DNA of 64,000 bases from Escherichia coli (GTDB taxonomy: Bacteria > Pseudomonadota > Gammaproteobacteria > Enterobacterales > Enterobacteriaceae). The stretch is from NCBI RefSeq assembly GCF_003334335.1, contig NZ_QOWQ01000020.1. One strand, 5' to 3'. The notes under the pieces are model-generated. The model saw only the letters and a list, made by a program, of their open reading frames with translations, made no database searches and was not told where the DNA came from. The position numbers were made by a program, and so were the translations under genes. Below are positions 37,962 through 49,148 of this stretch, in pieces. Within the stretch, counting starts at the first letter, position 1. The number at the start of each line of letters is the position of its first letter.

Positions 37962-38857
37962 TATTTCCCCCGTTTGGCGCGTGGATGCGCCGCATCGTAC
38001 ACCGAGGCAAGGTGTTGAAAATCAAGATGAGTATAGATTTGCGTGGTGGAGAGGTTGGCATGACCCAGCAGCTCCTGCACACCACGAAGATCGCCGCTCG
38101 ACTCCAGCATATGCGTGGCGAACGAGTGACGTAATTTATGCGGATGAACGTGATTATTCAGCCCTTGTTTTATGCCCCATTCGGCAAAGCGTTTCTGCAC
38201 ATTACGCGCGGAGATACGCTTGCCCAGTTTCGACAGAAAAAGCGCGTCGTCTTCGCTACCAAACAGGTCGCGCAAATCAAGCCAGTGCTCAATCCACGCC
38301 ACAGCGTTGCGACCAATCGGCAGGCGGCGCTCTTTGCAGCCTTTCCCCATAACCCACACTTCACCAGACTCCAGGTCGAGGTGTTTAATATCCAGCCCCA
38401 CCAGCTCAGAAAGACGCAGACCCGCGCCGTACATCACTTCCAGCATTGCACGGTCGCGTACAGCGAGGGGATCATTGATATCAATATCCAGCAGCCGATT
38501 CATATCGTCGACGTCGATGTTTTTCGGCAGATGACGCGGCGCTTTCGGTGCCGAAACACCTTTCGCCGGGTTAGCTTTGAGTTCGTTCTGGCTGACCAGC
38601 CAGTCAAAAAAGCTACGTAGCGCAGAAAGCCGTAACGCCAGACTTGCTGCTCCCAGCCCTTTACGGCGACTGCGTACAGCAAAATTGCGCACCATCGTCA
38701 CATCACATTGCTGCCAGCTTTGCAGGCCGTTTTCGCTGGCAAAATTGATGATCGCCTCAAGCTGACGCTGGTAGTTAAGCAGGGTTATCGGGCTAAGCTG
38801 GCGCTCCACGCTCAGATAACGTAGGTAGCGTTCTACATCGGTGTGTAAATCGGTCAT
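37961..38857 (-). CDS. xerC: tyrosine site-specific recombinase XerC (chromosome dimer resolution)
   Basis: 298-aa ORF with C-terminal R..HxxR..Y catalytic region ([14 protein letters not shown]). Confidence 0.92.
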
Positions 38858-39561
38858 ACGCGTTCAATCCAACGCTCCAGAAGCTCCGGCAACATCAGCG
38901 CAATTTCATGAAGTAACTGCGTTCCTTGCCCTTGTTGATAGTGACTGGCATCGCGACTGGTAAACAGCACGACACCCAAATCAGCATCGCTTCCCAGCAT
39001 CGACATCGCCACCGATCCCACCGCTTTCGCTTCCGGTAGCACCACCAGCAGCTCTGGTCCGTTAAGCGGCCCAAGATAGTGCTGTTCCTGCCCCAAACGC
39101 TGAATACGCAGCGGTTCGAAAGACTGACGGCTTAATGCCAGATGAGTGTGGTTCGACGGCGCACCTAAGCGCCAGCGATCCGGAAACAGGCGCAGACTCG
39201 CACCTGCCAGGCCGAGATCGCGCGCCCAGCGGTGAAAGCGCATCAGCATATCGTCGAGACTGCTGGCGGCGGTGAGACTGCGCTGCAGGTAGAGTAGGCG
39301 ATAAAACAGGCCTTCGTTGGCGATAGCCTGTTCCATCAACAGCGCCATGTTCTCTTCCAGAACATGAATATGATTACGTGCGCGGGCCATGTGCCACTCG
39401 ACCAACGAAACGGTGCCGCGTACCGGATGCGGCACACGTATCGCTTCTACTGCGCGCGCATTACGGATAAAAAACTCAGGATTTTTAATCAGATAATCGA
39501 CAACCGCCCGGTCATCAAGCTCCGTGAGTGTTTCCTGCAGTTCTTCCCCTGGTTGCTTCAT
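38854..39561 (-). CDS. yigA: DUF484-family protein YigA
   Basis: 235-aa ORF; start and stop overlap dapF and xerC. Confidence 0.8.
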
Positions 39562-40382
39562 AGATGAATAAATCCGTCGTAGACATGTACCGCCGGGCCA
39601 GTCATATATAACGGGTGACCCGGACCTTTCCAGGCGATATCAAGACGACCGCCGGGGAGTTCCACGCGTACTTCTTCGGCCAGCAAACCTTGCTGAATCC
39701 CTACTGCAACCGCCGCACACGCGCCGCTGCCGCAGGCCTGGGTTTCTCCTGCCCCACGCTCATAAACGCGTAAACGAATATGCTCGCGCTTAACCACTTG
39801 CATAAAACCGATATTGGCGCGCTCCGGAAAACGCTCGTGGCTTTCCAGAACAGGACCAAGCGTTTCTACCGCCGCGGTATCGACATCATCGACCTGAATC
39901 ACGCAATGCGGATTTCCCATCGACACCACGCCGCATAAGATTGTCTGCTCGGCGGCGCGCATAATATAGGTCTTTTCCGCTTTGTTAGCGCGAAACGGCA
40001 CGGCGGAAGGTTCGAAGTTGGGTTCGCCCATATTTACGCGGACCAGATCATCATCGGTGACGGTCAGAACCATCCGCCCGTTGGCGGTGCTGACGCGGAT
40101 ATCACGCTTATTGGTCAGTCCTTTCAGACGCACAAAACGGGCAAAGCAGCGCGCACCGTTGCCGCACTGCGCCACTTCACTGCCATCAGCATTGAAAATG
40201 CGATAGTGAAAATCCAGTTCAGGATCATACGGCGGCTCAACCACCAGCAGTTGGTCAAACCCTACCCCCAGGTGCCGATCAGCCAGGCGACGAATCAGCT
40301 CCGGTGAAAAAAAGACATTCTGCGTTACCGCGTCGACGACCATAAAATCGTTGCCAAGGCCATGCATTTTCGAGAACTGCAT
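39558..40382 (-). CDS. dapF: diaminopimelate epimerase
   Basis: 274 aa from [17 protein letters not shown] (track ORF starts one ATG upstream). Confidence 0.92.
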
Positions 40383-40418
40383 CATTTACTCCAATCACGC
40401 GGGTACAGAAACTGACTT

Positions 40419-40622
40419 TTAGTAATTCACCTGGGATGGACCATCGCCAGTGGCGCGATCGTTTTTATCCGGCACCGTGGATTGCGTTTGCGTCTCTACC
40501 GGTTTGGTCGGCGGCGGTGCGTTTTTATCTGCAGGCGGGAAATAGAGCGGACCTTTCAGACCGCAGCCCGTCAGGCTGAAGAGAGTAAGTAATACAGTGA
40601 GTGCCTTAAACACGTTTTTCAT
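40419..40622 (-). CDS. yifL: small lipoprotein YifL
   Basis: 67-aa ORF with lipobox LTGC in MKNVFKALTVLLTLFSLTGCGLKGPLYFPP. Confidence 0.75.
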   Translation of the reverse strand: MKNVFKALTVLLTLFSLTGCGLKGPLYFPPADKNAPPPTKPVETQTQSTVPDKNDRATGDGPSQVNY

Positions 40623-41084
40623 TATGGATTGCCTGTAAAGTTCATCGCTTTCTGCTTTCTATCATCGCAGGAGAAGACGTAAAAGCAAGCGTTTAGCGAC
40701 TCTTTATGAAGTCTGAAAAGTGAGGAAATGCTGCGAGTATAACGCTTACTCGTGGGGATTTATGTTTTGCTGGTAGTTTCGTGATCGGCACCTCGCGCCA
40801 GGATGGCTTTATGCACTATCGCAATGTGGTTTGTTTGTTGTCTTTTTTAGTTCCGTCAGCGTGAGGATGCTCGCTCGGTAAACCTGATCATAATGTTTAC
40901 CAGAAACAGGGAAAGACGTGGTGTAACTGCGCCCTAATGAAGAGACAAATCTTTCGCTACACAGAGACATCATTATTCCGGTGACGGATGAATCGTGCCG
41001 GAACGCAGCCGCAGAGGTGCAAACTTTGAAGCCCTGACCCCATGCCGCTATACTGCCGCCATCACTTAAAAACAGGATACAACA

Positions 41085-41405
41085 ATGAACGACAGTGAAT
41101 TTCATCGCCTGGCTGATCAACTCTGGCTGACCATTGAAGAACGCCTGGACGACTGGGATGGCGACAGCGATATCGACTGCGAAATCAACGGCGGCGTACT
41201 GACCATTACCTTTGAGAATGGCAGCAAAATCATTATCAACCGCCAGGAGCCGCTGCACCAGGTATGGCTGGCAACCAAACAGGGCGGCTACCATTTTGAC
41301 CTGAAAGGCGATGAGTGGATTTGTGATCGCAGCGGCGAAACCTTCTGGGATTTGCTGGAACAGGCGGCGACGCAGCAGGCGGGTGAAACAGTCAGTTTCC
41401 GCTAA
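41085..41405 (+). CDS. cyaY: frataxin homolog CyaY
   Basis: 106-aa acidic [32 protein letters not shown]. Confidence 0.9.
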
Positions 41406-41444
41406 GATTGCATGCCGGATAAGCCTCGCTTTCCGGCACGTTCA

Positions 41445-43991
41445 TCACGAAAAATATTGCTGTAATAGCGGCGTATCGTGATCCTGATTGGCAGGCGGCA
41501 TGTTACCGATAGATTTTGTGCGGAACGGAATCACCTGTTCACGACCATCAACCTTCACAATCTGATAGAACTGCGGCAGGTTGAAGTTGATGAAGCTTGA
41601 GCCGTAGGTAAAACGGTCATGCGATGACGAGTAGAAGCGACTGACGTCACGTACCAGCTCCTCTTTGCTGCCTTCGCAGTGGTGATATACCTCAACCCGG
41701 TTGCTTTCGTCGAGAATGTAGATATTAAAGCCATTCTCGTCTTGCGTTTCTTCGAAAAAGAACTGGATGATCCCTTCGCTGGCAAAGCCGTCCACCACCG
41801 CCGGTAATTTGACGTGATTGGTTTCAACCTGCACTGACAGGCCGTGCAGTTTGTTATGCGAAATCGCGCCATAAAACTCGATGGCGTTTTCCAGTTTCTG
41901 TACCGATACATTCAGGCGTTCGAAGAACAACCCCCAGGTTTGACCAGAAACGCGCAGCGCCTTGAAACGCCCGGTTTCCTGGCGGGTGCTGGAAAGACGC
42001 AATTCAATACACTCAGAAACCAGTTGCTGCACGCGAGTACGAATTAAGCCGCGCAGATGCTGGCTATAACAGAAGACTTCCACGCTATCTGGCGGTGCGG
42101 CGTCCTGATGCATTTTGCCGAGAATAGTTTTCAGGGCTTCGATCATCGATTGCTCGCCGTTGAAGTGCAGCGTACGCACTTCGTTCCACGAGTTGCGGTA
42201 CAGCAGGTCAACGCTACCTACCAGGCAATTTTGATTCTCGCCAAAGCTGAAGACATCCAGCTTACGGAAATCGAAATGCACCACCTGATTGCGGAACGCC
42301 GCTGTCGGGTCATATTCCAGGTTAACGATAATCGCCAGATGGCGGATCTCACACGGGCTGTAGAGCGCCTTCGGTGTCGGTGCAGGTAAGCGCAGCGGGA
42401 AATGGTGCGACACGTCGGCGACCATCTCCTGTAACTTAGGCAAATCGACAATGCCGTTACCTTTAATATACAAACGGGTGCGCGAGGTCAGCAGGCCGTT
42501 AAACCATGCCCACGCCACCAGTTTATTCAGGTAACGGTTATATTCCAGCGGCTGATGGCTGATGATCGACTCAATATTTGGCGCGCGGTTATACAGATAC
42601 CAACCTGAACGGTTAGCCCGGCCCGGCGGCACATAAATAAAGGTCAGATTCGGTTCCGAGAGATCGGGTGAAATCTGCGGGTTTACCAGCGTCACTTTAC
42701 CTGGTAATGCTTCAAACGCGGCATACAGCTTACGCGTCAGCACGCCGATATCCTGCGGACTGGCGGAGACGCTAAGGTTATTGCGACGCGCAAAGCGGAT
42801 CAGATTACGGTAGCTCTGCATCATCGCGTCGAGCAACTCGTTGTGCGCCTCACGCACCTGATCAATCTTCCAGTTAGCGCGGTTATCGAGCATTGCCAGA
42901 CGAGCTTCGTCCCAACCCCACTCGCTCACTAACTGGCTCAACACTGCGCGACGCCAGCCTACGCAGGCGCGTTCACGGCTGAGCTTTTCGCACACTTTTA
43001 AATAGAAGCAGCGACGTACTAAATCCAGACGGGTAAAATCTTCAATCGCCGTCAGGTATTCAGTAACACGCTCCAGCATCATGCAGTATGGATCGAGACC
43101 AAACGATACAATCTCGCCGTCGTGCAAACGCTGTTTGATATCTTTCGCCAGCAGACGTGGGTTCGGGTATTCCCAGGAATAGGCTTCCAGCAGCAGTGTT
43201 TTCAGTACCGCTTTGTATGGGGAATCGATACTCTTGTAGAGCTGCCAAAGGCTGGCACCAAAGTACTCTTCAGCAGAAAGCGAGCTTAAGCCACCGAGAT
43301 CCAGCCATTCATTTGGCGTCAGCACGCCCTGCGCGTAAAGCGTCATCACATAGTCGTCGTAATGCTCTTCTTCGTCGCACGGCACCATATTCCACAGAAT
43401 ACGCTTACCGGCGAGACGCACGGCGGTACGATAAAATTCGTCAAGCAGCAGTATATGCTGGGTGGAGCCACAATCTTCGCCCCCCAGGCTGCCGCTTTCA
43501 TTATGACGGAAGCGGTTTTCATCAATCAGGAAGAAGCTGACTTCCACACCCAGCGAGGCGGCCCAGTTTTCCAGCAGGCTACATTTACGTTGTAGCAATT
43601 GGCGCTCTTCGCTATCGAGCCAGGATTGATGACAGACCCAGATATCCAGGTCAGAGGAACAACTTTGCCCTACGGACGAGGTGCTGCCCATGGTGTATAC
43701 ACCAGTAATTGGAAGCTCACCTTTCGGCGGATCCTGTACTGACATTCCACGATACAGTTCAAGCTCGTTCAGGTAGTGGCGTTGAGTTTCATCAGGCGTG
43801 TAAAGGCAAATGCCTTTGGGAACGTTACCATCAAGGTAACCCGGCATTAGCGGATGGTGATAGTGCAACAATGTCGGCAGTAGACTGTAGACCTGTTGGA
43901 ATGCAGGCCCCATAGCAGCAAGCGCGCGATCCACACGCAATTGATTTATGGCATCCAGTCTCTGTTTCAGAGTCTCAATATAGAGGTACAA
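41445..43991 (-). CDS. cyaA: class I adenylate cyclase
   Basis: 848-aa ORF beginning at a TTG codon ([17 protein letters not shown] read as M-initiated). Confidence 0.92.
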   Translation of the reverse strand: MYLYIETLKQRLDAINQLRVDRALAAMGPAFQQVYSLLPTLLHYHHPLMPGYLDGNVPKGICLYTPDETQRHYLNELELYRGMSVQDPPKGELPITGVYTMGSTSSVGQSCSSDLDIWVCHQSWLDSEERQLLQRKCSLLENWAASLGVEVSFFLIDENRFRHNESGSLGGEDCGSTQHILLLDEFYRTAVRLAGKRILWNMVPCDEEEHYDDYVMTLYAQGVLTPNEWLDLGGLSSLSAEEYFGASLWQLYKSIDSPYKAVLKTLLLEAYSWEYPNPRLLAKDIKQRLHDGEIVSFGLDPYCMMLERVTEYLTAIEDFTRLDLVRRCFYLKVCEKLSRERACVGWRRAVLSQLVSEWGWDEARLAMLDNRANWKIDQVREAHNELLDAMMQSYRNLIRFARRNNLSVSASPQDIGVLTRKLYAAFEALPGKVTLVNPQISPDLSEPNLTFIYVPPGRANRSGWYLYNRAPNIESIISHQPLEYNRYLNKLVAWAWFNGLLTSRTRLYIKGNGIVDLPKLQEMVADVSHHFPLRLPAPTPKALYSPCEIRHLAIIVNLEYDPTAAFRNQVVHFDFRKLDVFSFGENQNCLVGSVDLLYRNSWNEVRTLHFNGEQSMIEALKTILGKMHQDAAPPDSVEVFCYSQHLRGLIRTRVQQLVSECIELRLSSTRQETGRFKALRVSGQTWGLFFERLNVSVQKLENAIEFYGAISHNKLHGLSVQVETNHVKLPAVVDGFASEGIIQFFFEETQDENGFNIYILDESNRVEVYHHCEGSKEELVRDVSRFYSSSHDRFTYGSSFINFNLPQFYQIVKVDGREQVIPFRTKSIGNMPPANQDHDTPLLQQYFS

Positions 43992-44377
43992 GACGTATCG
44001 CCTGATTTGCTACCCGTCATGACTGTGATTCCGCCAACATCAACGGTAACACGCGGCATTCGGGATATTTCGTATGTCAAAGGTAACCGTTACCACTTTT
44101 CGCGCCTGGTTTTTTTAGTTTCACGACGAAAAAATGGTCTAAAACGTGATCAATTTAACACCTTGCTGATTGACCGTAAAGAAAGATGCGCTACATACAA
44201 GTGTAGCACCGTTTATTCTCTGTAAATTCCTTATTACAACGGCGTGAAACGCCTGTCAGGATCCACTGCCAGACCTCATTTTACGGTTTGCGCAGGCGTC
44301 TACGTTTCACCACAACACTGACATCACTCTGGCAAGGATGTTAGGATGGACCACGGATGATAATGACGGTAACAAGC
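43992..44377. promoter_or_regulatory. cyaA-hemC divergent promoter region
   Basis: 386-bp ORF-free region between divergent starts; specific sites not resolved by eye. Confidence 0.45.
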
Positions 44378-45319
44378 ATGTTAGACAATGTTTTAAGAAT
44401 TGCCACACGCCAAAGCCCACTTGCACTCTGGCAGGCACACTATGTCAAAGACAAGTTGATGGCGAGCCATCCGGGCCTGGTCGTTGAACTGGTACCGATG
44501 GTGACGCGCGGCGATGTGATTCTTGATACGCCGCTGGCGAAAGTAGGCGGAAAAGGCTTATTTGTAAAAGAGCTGGAAGTCGCGCTCCTCGAAAATCGCG
44601 CCGATATCGCCGTACACTCAATGAAAGATGTGCCGGTTGAATTCCCGCAAGGTCTGGGACTGGTCACTATTTGTGAGCGTGAAGATCCTCGCGATGCCTT
44701 TGTGTCCAATAACTATGACAGTCTGGATGCGTTACCGGCAGGCAGTATCGTCGGGACGTCCAGTTTACGTCGCCAGTGCCAACTGGCTGAACGCCGTCCG
44801 GATCTGATTATCCGCTCCCTGCGCGGCAACGTCGGCACTCGCCTGAGCAAACTGGATAACGGCGAATACGATGCCATCATTCTTGCCGTAGCCGGACTAA
44901 AACGTTTAGGTCTGGAGTCACGTATTCGCGCCGCGTTGCCACCCGAGATTTCTCTTCCGGCGGTAGGACAAGGTGCGGTGGGTATTGAATGCCGCCTTGA
45001 TGATTCACGCACTCGCGAGCTGCTTGCCGCGCTGAATCACCACGAAACTGCACTGCGCGTTACCGCAGAACGCGCCATGAATACCCGTCTCGAAGGCGGA
45101 TGTCAGGTGCCAATTGGTAGCTACGCCGAGCTTATTGATGGCGAAATCTGGCTGCGTGCGCTGGTCGGCGCGCCGGACGGTTCGCAGATTATTCGCGGTG
45201 AACGCCGCGGTGCGCCGCAAGATGCCGAACAAATGGGGATTTCGCTGGCAGAAGAGCTACTGAATAACGGCGCGCGCGAGATCCTCGCTGAAGTCTATAA
45301 CGGAGACGCCCCGGCATGA
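44378..45319 (+). CDS. hemC: porphobilinogen deaminase (hydroxymethylbilane synthase)
   Basis: 313 aa from [20 protein letters not shown] (track ORF starts 7 codons upstream). Confidence 0.9.
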
Positions 45320-46056
45320 GTATCCTTGTCACCCGCCCGTCTCCCGCTGGAGAAGAGTTAGTGAGCCGTCTGCGCACACTGGGGCAGGTGGCCTGGCATT
45401 TTCCGCTGATTGAGTTTTCTCCGGGTCAACAATTACCGCAACTTGCTGATCAACTGGCAGCGCTGGGGGAGAGCGATCTGTTGTTTGCCCTCTCGCAACA
45501 CGCGGTTGCTTTTGCCCAATCACAGCTGCATCAGCAAGATCGTAAATGGCCCCGACTACCTGATTATTTCGCCATTGGACGCACCACCGCACTGGCACTA
45601 CATACCGTAAGCGGACAGAAGATTCTCTACCCGCAGGATCGGGAAATCAGCGAAGTCTTGCTACAATTACCTGAATTACAAAATATTGCGGGCAAACGTG
45701 CGCTGATATTACGTGGCAATGGTGGTCGTGAGCTAATTGGGGATACCCTGACGGCGCGCGGTGCTGAGGTCACTTTTTGTGAATGTTATCAACGATGCGC
45801 AATCCATTACGATGGTGCAGAAGAAGCGATGCGCTGGCAAGCCCGCGAGGTGACGATGGTCGTTGTTACCAGCGGTGAAATGTTGCAGCAACTCTGGTCG
45901 CTGATCCCACAATGGTATCGTGAGCACTGGTTACTACACTGTCGACTATTGGTCGTCAGTGAGCGTTTGGCGAAACTCGCCCGGGAACTGGGCTGGCAAG
46001 ACATTAAGGTCGCCGATAACGCTGACAACGATGCGCTTTTACGGGCATTACAATAA
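45316..46056 (+). CDS. hemD: uroporphyrinogen-III synthase
   Basis: 246-aa ORF overlapping the hemC stop by 4 nt. Confidence 0.9.
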   Translation: MSILVTRPSPAGEELVSRLRTLGQVAWHFPLIEFSPGQQLPQLADQLAALGESDLLFALSQHAVAFAQSQLHQQDRKWPRLPDYFAIGRTTALALHTVSGQKILYPQDREISEVLLQLPELQNIAGKRALILRGNGGRELIGDTLTARGAEVTFCECYQRCAIHYDGAEEAMRWQAREVTMVVVTSGEMLQQLWSLIPQWYREHWLLHCRLLVVSERLAKLARELGWQDIKVADNADNDALLRALQ

Positions 46057-46077
46057 CTCTCATAACAGGAAGCCATA

Positions 46078-47271
46078 ATGACGGAACAAGAAAAAACCTC
46101 CGCCGTGGTTGAAGAGACCAGGGAGGCCGTGGACACCACGTCACAACCTGTCGCAACAGAAAAAAAGAGTAAGAACAATACCGCATTGATTCTCAGCGCG
46201 GTGGCTATCGCTATTGCTCTGGCGGCGGGCATCGGTTTGTATGGCTGGGGTAAACAACAGGCCGTCAATCAGACCGCCACCAGCGATGCCCTGGCTAACC
46301 AACTGACGGCATTGCAAAAAGCCCAGGAGAGCCAAAAAGCCGAGCTGGAAGGCATTATTAAGCAACAAGCTGCACAACTTAAGCAGGCGAATCGTCAGCA
46401 AGAAACGCTGGCAAAACAGTTGGATGAAGTCCAACAAAAGGTCGCCACCATTTCCGGCAGCGATGCTAAAACCTGGCTGCTGGCTCAGGCCGATTTTCTG
46501 GTGAAACTCGCCGGACGGAAGCTGTGGAGCGATCAGGACGTCACGACCGCTGCAGCGTTGCTGAAAAGTGCAGACGCCAGCCTGGCGGATATGAATGACC
46601 CGAGTCTGATTACCGTTCGTCGGGCAATTACCGATGATATCGCCAGCCTTTCTGCAGTATCGCAGGTGGATTATGACGGCATCATCCTTAAGCTTAATCA
46701 GCTTTCAAATCAGGTAGATAACCTGCGTCTGGCCGATAATGACAGCGATGGTTCGCCGATGGATTCAGACGGTGAAGAGCTTTCCAGTTCCATCAGCGAA
46801 TGGCGTATCAATCTGCAAAAAAGCTGGCAGAACTTTATGGACAACTTCATTACGATTCGCCGTCGTGATGACACCGCCGTACCGCTGTTAGCGCCAAATC
46901 AGGATATCTATCTGCGCGAAAATATTCGCTCTCGCCTGCTGGTCGCAGCACAAGCTGTACCGCGTCACCAGGAAGAGACTTATCGCCAGGCGCTGGAGAA
47001 CGTCTCCACCTGGGTACGTGCTTACTACGATACTGATGATGCCACCACCAAAGCGTTCCTCGACGAGGTGGACCAGTTAAGCCAGCAAAATATCTCGATG
47101 GATCTTCCGGAAACCCTGCAAAGCCAGGCGATGCTGGAAAAACTGATGCAGACTCGCGTGCGTAACCTGCTGGCACAACCGGCAGCGGGGACAACGGAAG
47201 CTAAACCTGCACCTGCACCTGCACCTGCACCGCAAGCTGATACTCCGGCAGCCGCGCCGCAAGGAGAATAA
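46078..47271 (+). CDS. hemX: HemX (membrane-anchored protein with coiled coil)
   Basis: 397-aa ORF with N-terminal TM, Q/A-rich coiled coil and C-terminal Pro-Ala repeat. Confidence 0.88.
   Translation: MTEQEKTSAVVEETREAVDTTSQPVATEKKSKNNTALILSAVAIAIALAAGIGLYGWGKQQAVNQTATSDALANQLTALQKAQESQKAELEGIIKQQAAQLKQANRQQETLAKQLDEVQQKVATISGSDAKTWLLAQADFLVKLAGRKLWSDQDVTTAAALLKSADASLADMNDPSLITVRRAITDDIASLSAVSQVDYDGIILKLNQLSNQVDNLRLADNDSDGSPMDSDGEELSSSISEWRINLQKSWQNFMDNFITIRRRDDTAVPLLAPNQDIYLRENIRSRLLVAAQAVPRHQEETYRQALENVSTWVRAYYDTDDATTKAFLDEVDQLSQQNISMDLPETLQSQAMLEKLMQTRVRNLLAQPAAGTTEAKPAPAPAPAPQADTPAAAPQGE
47206..47229 (+). repeat. tandem hexanucleotide repeat (CCTGCA)x4 inside hemX
   Basis: Four perfect CCTGCA units followed by CCGCAA, encoding [10 protein letters not shown] near the HemX C-terminus. 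Confidence 0.85.
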
Positions 47272-47273
47272 CC

Positions 47274-48470
47274 ATGCTAAAAGTGTTATTGCTCTTTGTG
47301 TTGCTGATTGCGGGGATCGTGGTTGGCCCGATGATTGCCGGCCATCAGGGTTATGTGCTGATCCAGACCGACAACTACAATATCGAAACCAGCGTCACGG
47401 GCCTGGCGATCATATTGATTCTGGCGATGGTAGTGCTGTTTGCCATTGAGTGGCTACTGCGGCGGATCTTCCGCACTGGCGCGCACACCCGTGGGTGGTT
47501 TGTCGGACGTAAGCGTCGCCGTGCACGTAAGCAGACCGAACAGGCGCTGCTGAAACTGGCGGAAGGCGATTATCAGCAAGTTGAAAAGCTGATGGCGAAA
47601 AATGCCGATCACGCGGAACAACCGGTGGTGAACTATCTACTGGCTGCCGAAGCCGCGCAACAACGTGGTGATGAAGCACGCGCCAACCAACATCTGGAAC
47701 GCGCAGCGGAGCTGGCCGGCAACGACACCATTCCGGTAGAAATCACCCGCGTACGTCTGCAACTGGCCCGTAATGAAAACCATGCTGCACGCCACGGCGT
47801 GGATAAGCTGCTGGAAGTTACGCCACGCCATCCGGAAGTATTACGTCTGGCGGAACAGGCGTATATCCGCACAGGTGCATGGAGTTCGCTGCTGGATATT
47901 ATCCCATCAATGGCGAAAGCCCATGTTGGTGATGAAGAACATCGTGCAATGCTGGAACAACAGGCATGGATTGGCCTGATGGATCAGGCGCGTGCCGATA
48001 ACGGTAGCGAAGGTTTGCGTAACTGGTGGAAAAACCAAAGCCGGAAAACGCGTCATCAGGTAGCGTTGCAGGTGGCAATGGCGGAACATCTTATTGAATG
48101 TGACGATCATGATACTGCCCAGCAAATTATCATCGATGGCCTGAAACGCCAGTACGACGATCGCCTACTGCTGCCGATTCCTCGACTGAAAACAAACAAT
48201 CCGGAACAGCTGGAAAAAGTGCTGCGCCAGCAAATCAAAAACGTCGGCGATCGCCCGCTGTTGTGGAGCACACTGGGCCAGTCACTGATGAAGCACGGAG
48301 AATGGCAGGAAGCATCGCTCGCCTTCCGCGCAGCGCTGAAACAACGTCCGGACGCCTACGATTACGCATGGCTTGCCGACGCGCTGGACAGACTGCACAA
48401 GCCGGAAGAAGCTGCAGCGATGCGTCGCGACGGTTTGATGTTAACGTTGCAGAATAACCCGCCACAGTAG
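47274..48470 (+). CDS. hemY: HemY (TPR-like inner membrane protein)
   Basis: 398-aa ORF 2 nt after the hemX stop. Confidence 0.9.
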   Translation: MLKVLLLFVLLIAGIVVGPMIAGHQGYVLIQTDNYNIETSVTGLAIILILAMVVLFAIEWLLRRIFRTGAHTRGWFVGRKRRRARKQTEQALLKLAEGDYQQVEKLMAKNADHAEQPVVNYLLAAEAAQQRGDEARANQHLERAAELAGNDTIPVEITRVRLQLARNENHAARHGVDKLLEVTPRHPEVLRLAEQAYIRTGAWSSLLDIIPSMAKAHVGDEEHRAMLEQQAWIGLMDQARADNGSEGLRNWWKNQSRKTRHQVALQVAMAEHLIECDDHDTAQQIIIDGLKRQYDDRLLLPIPRLKTNNPEQLEKVLRQQIKNVGDRPLLWSTLGQSLMKHGEWQEASLAFRAALKQRPDAYDYAWLADALDRLHKPEEAAAMRRDGLMLTLQNNPPQ

Positions 48471-48517
48471 TTCCTTCTCACCCGGAGGCAAGCACCTCCG
48501 GGGCCTTCCTGATACAT

Positions 48518-48724
48518 AAAAAAACGCCTGCTCTTATTACGGAGCAGGCGTTAAAACAGGTCTGTATGACAACAAGTGGGTGCTTCACTCAACGTTGTGT
48601 CCATGGTGTCTGATGAGGCATAAGCGACATCTGTCAGTGGACGATAAGCACCGTAAACGGCTCTGCGTCATTCCGGAGTTTATGAGGCACTAAGGCGAAC
48701 ATAAGAGATGGAATGAGCATCTAC
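48518..48724 (-). ncRNA. glmZ: GlmZ small regulatory RNA (SraJ/RyiA), activator of glmS translation
   Basis: 207-nt minus-strand element beginning GUAGAUGCUCAUUCCAUCUCUUAUGUUCGCC and ending in hairpin AACGCCUGCUCC-GUAAUAA-GAGCAGGCGUU plus U7; matches my recollection of E. coli GlmZ and its hemY-aslA position. Confidence 0.85.
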
Positions 48725-49148
48725 TCGTTTATTATGCCACAGAGAATCGGGAAATAACATCCCTTAACACTTGTTATGAGATAATTCTGTAATCCTCTTT
48801 GCTTCCTGAGTAATAACTTCCTGAGTGAATATTTAACCTGAGCTTGATCCTACACATACTTATTATGAATGATAAAATTCATTCAATTAATAACACATAT
48901 ATTAATTGCCGTTAAAACTAAAAACAGCATCAATAATCAACGCGATATAATAAACCTGCCTTACATATCAACTGCGCCAGAGGTAGGATTGAAAACGCTC
49001 TCCTGATTTTCCAATTCATTTTCTGGATAAATAAATAATTTATTTTTGTCACTATTATTTATGTAATCATCCTGTCAGGGAGAGGGATCTCAATTATCAA
49101 TGCTTAATTACGTCATCATTTTGATGACATGAAACCGGAGCATTTTGC

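Noticed and set aside
37961-38857. xerC as a marker of a mobile element or integron
   Set aside because: It is the chromosomal dif-site resolvase embedded in the conserved dapF-yigA-xerC-yigB operon, with no flanking att-like repeats, cassettes or cargo genes.
40809-41294. 161-aa minus-strand ORF spanning the yifL-cyaY intergenic region and the cyaY 5' end
   Set aside because: It overlaps cyaY antisense and has no recognisable domain. The 460-bp region is better explained as divergent promoters for cyaY and the yifL-dapF-yigA-xerC-yigB operon.
47206-47229. hemX tandem repeat as a CRISPR-like or minisatellite array
   Set aside because: There are only four 6-nt units, in-frame inside a coding region, with no spacers. 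It is a simple coding microsatellite.
48481-48503. Stem-loop CCCGGAGG-CAAGCA-CCTCCGGG right after hemY as an independent sRNA or riboswitch
   Set aside because: It is a short hairpin without a U-tract, adjacent to the GlmZ terminator on the other strand. It is most simply the hemCDXY transcript end or a stabilising 3' structure, and there is no evidence for a separate gene.
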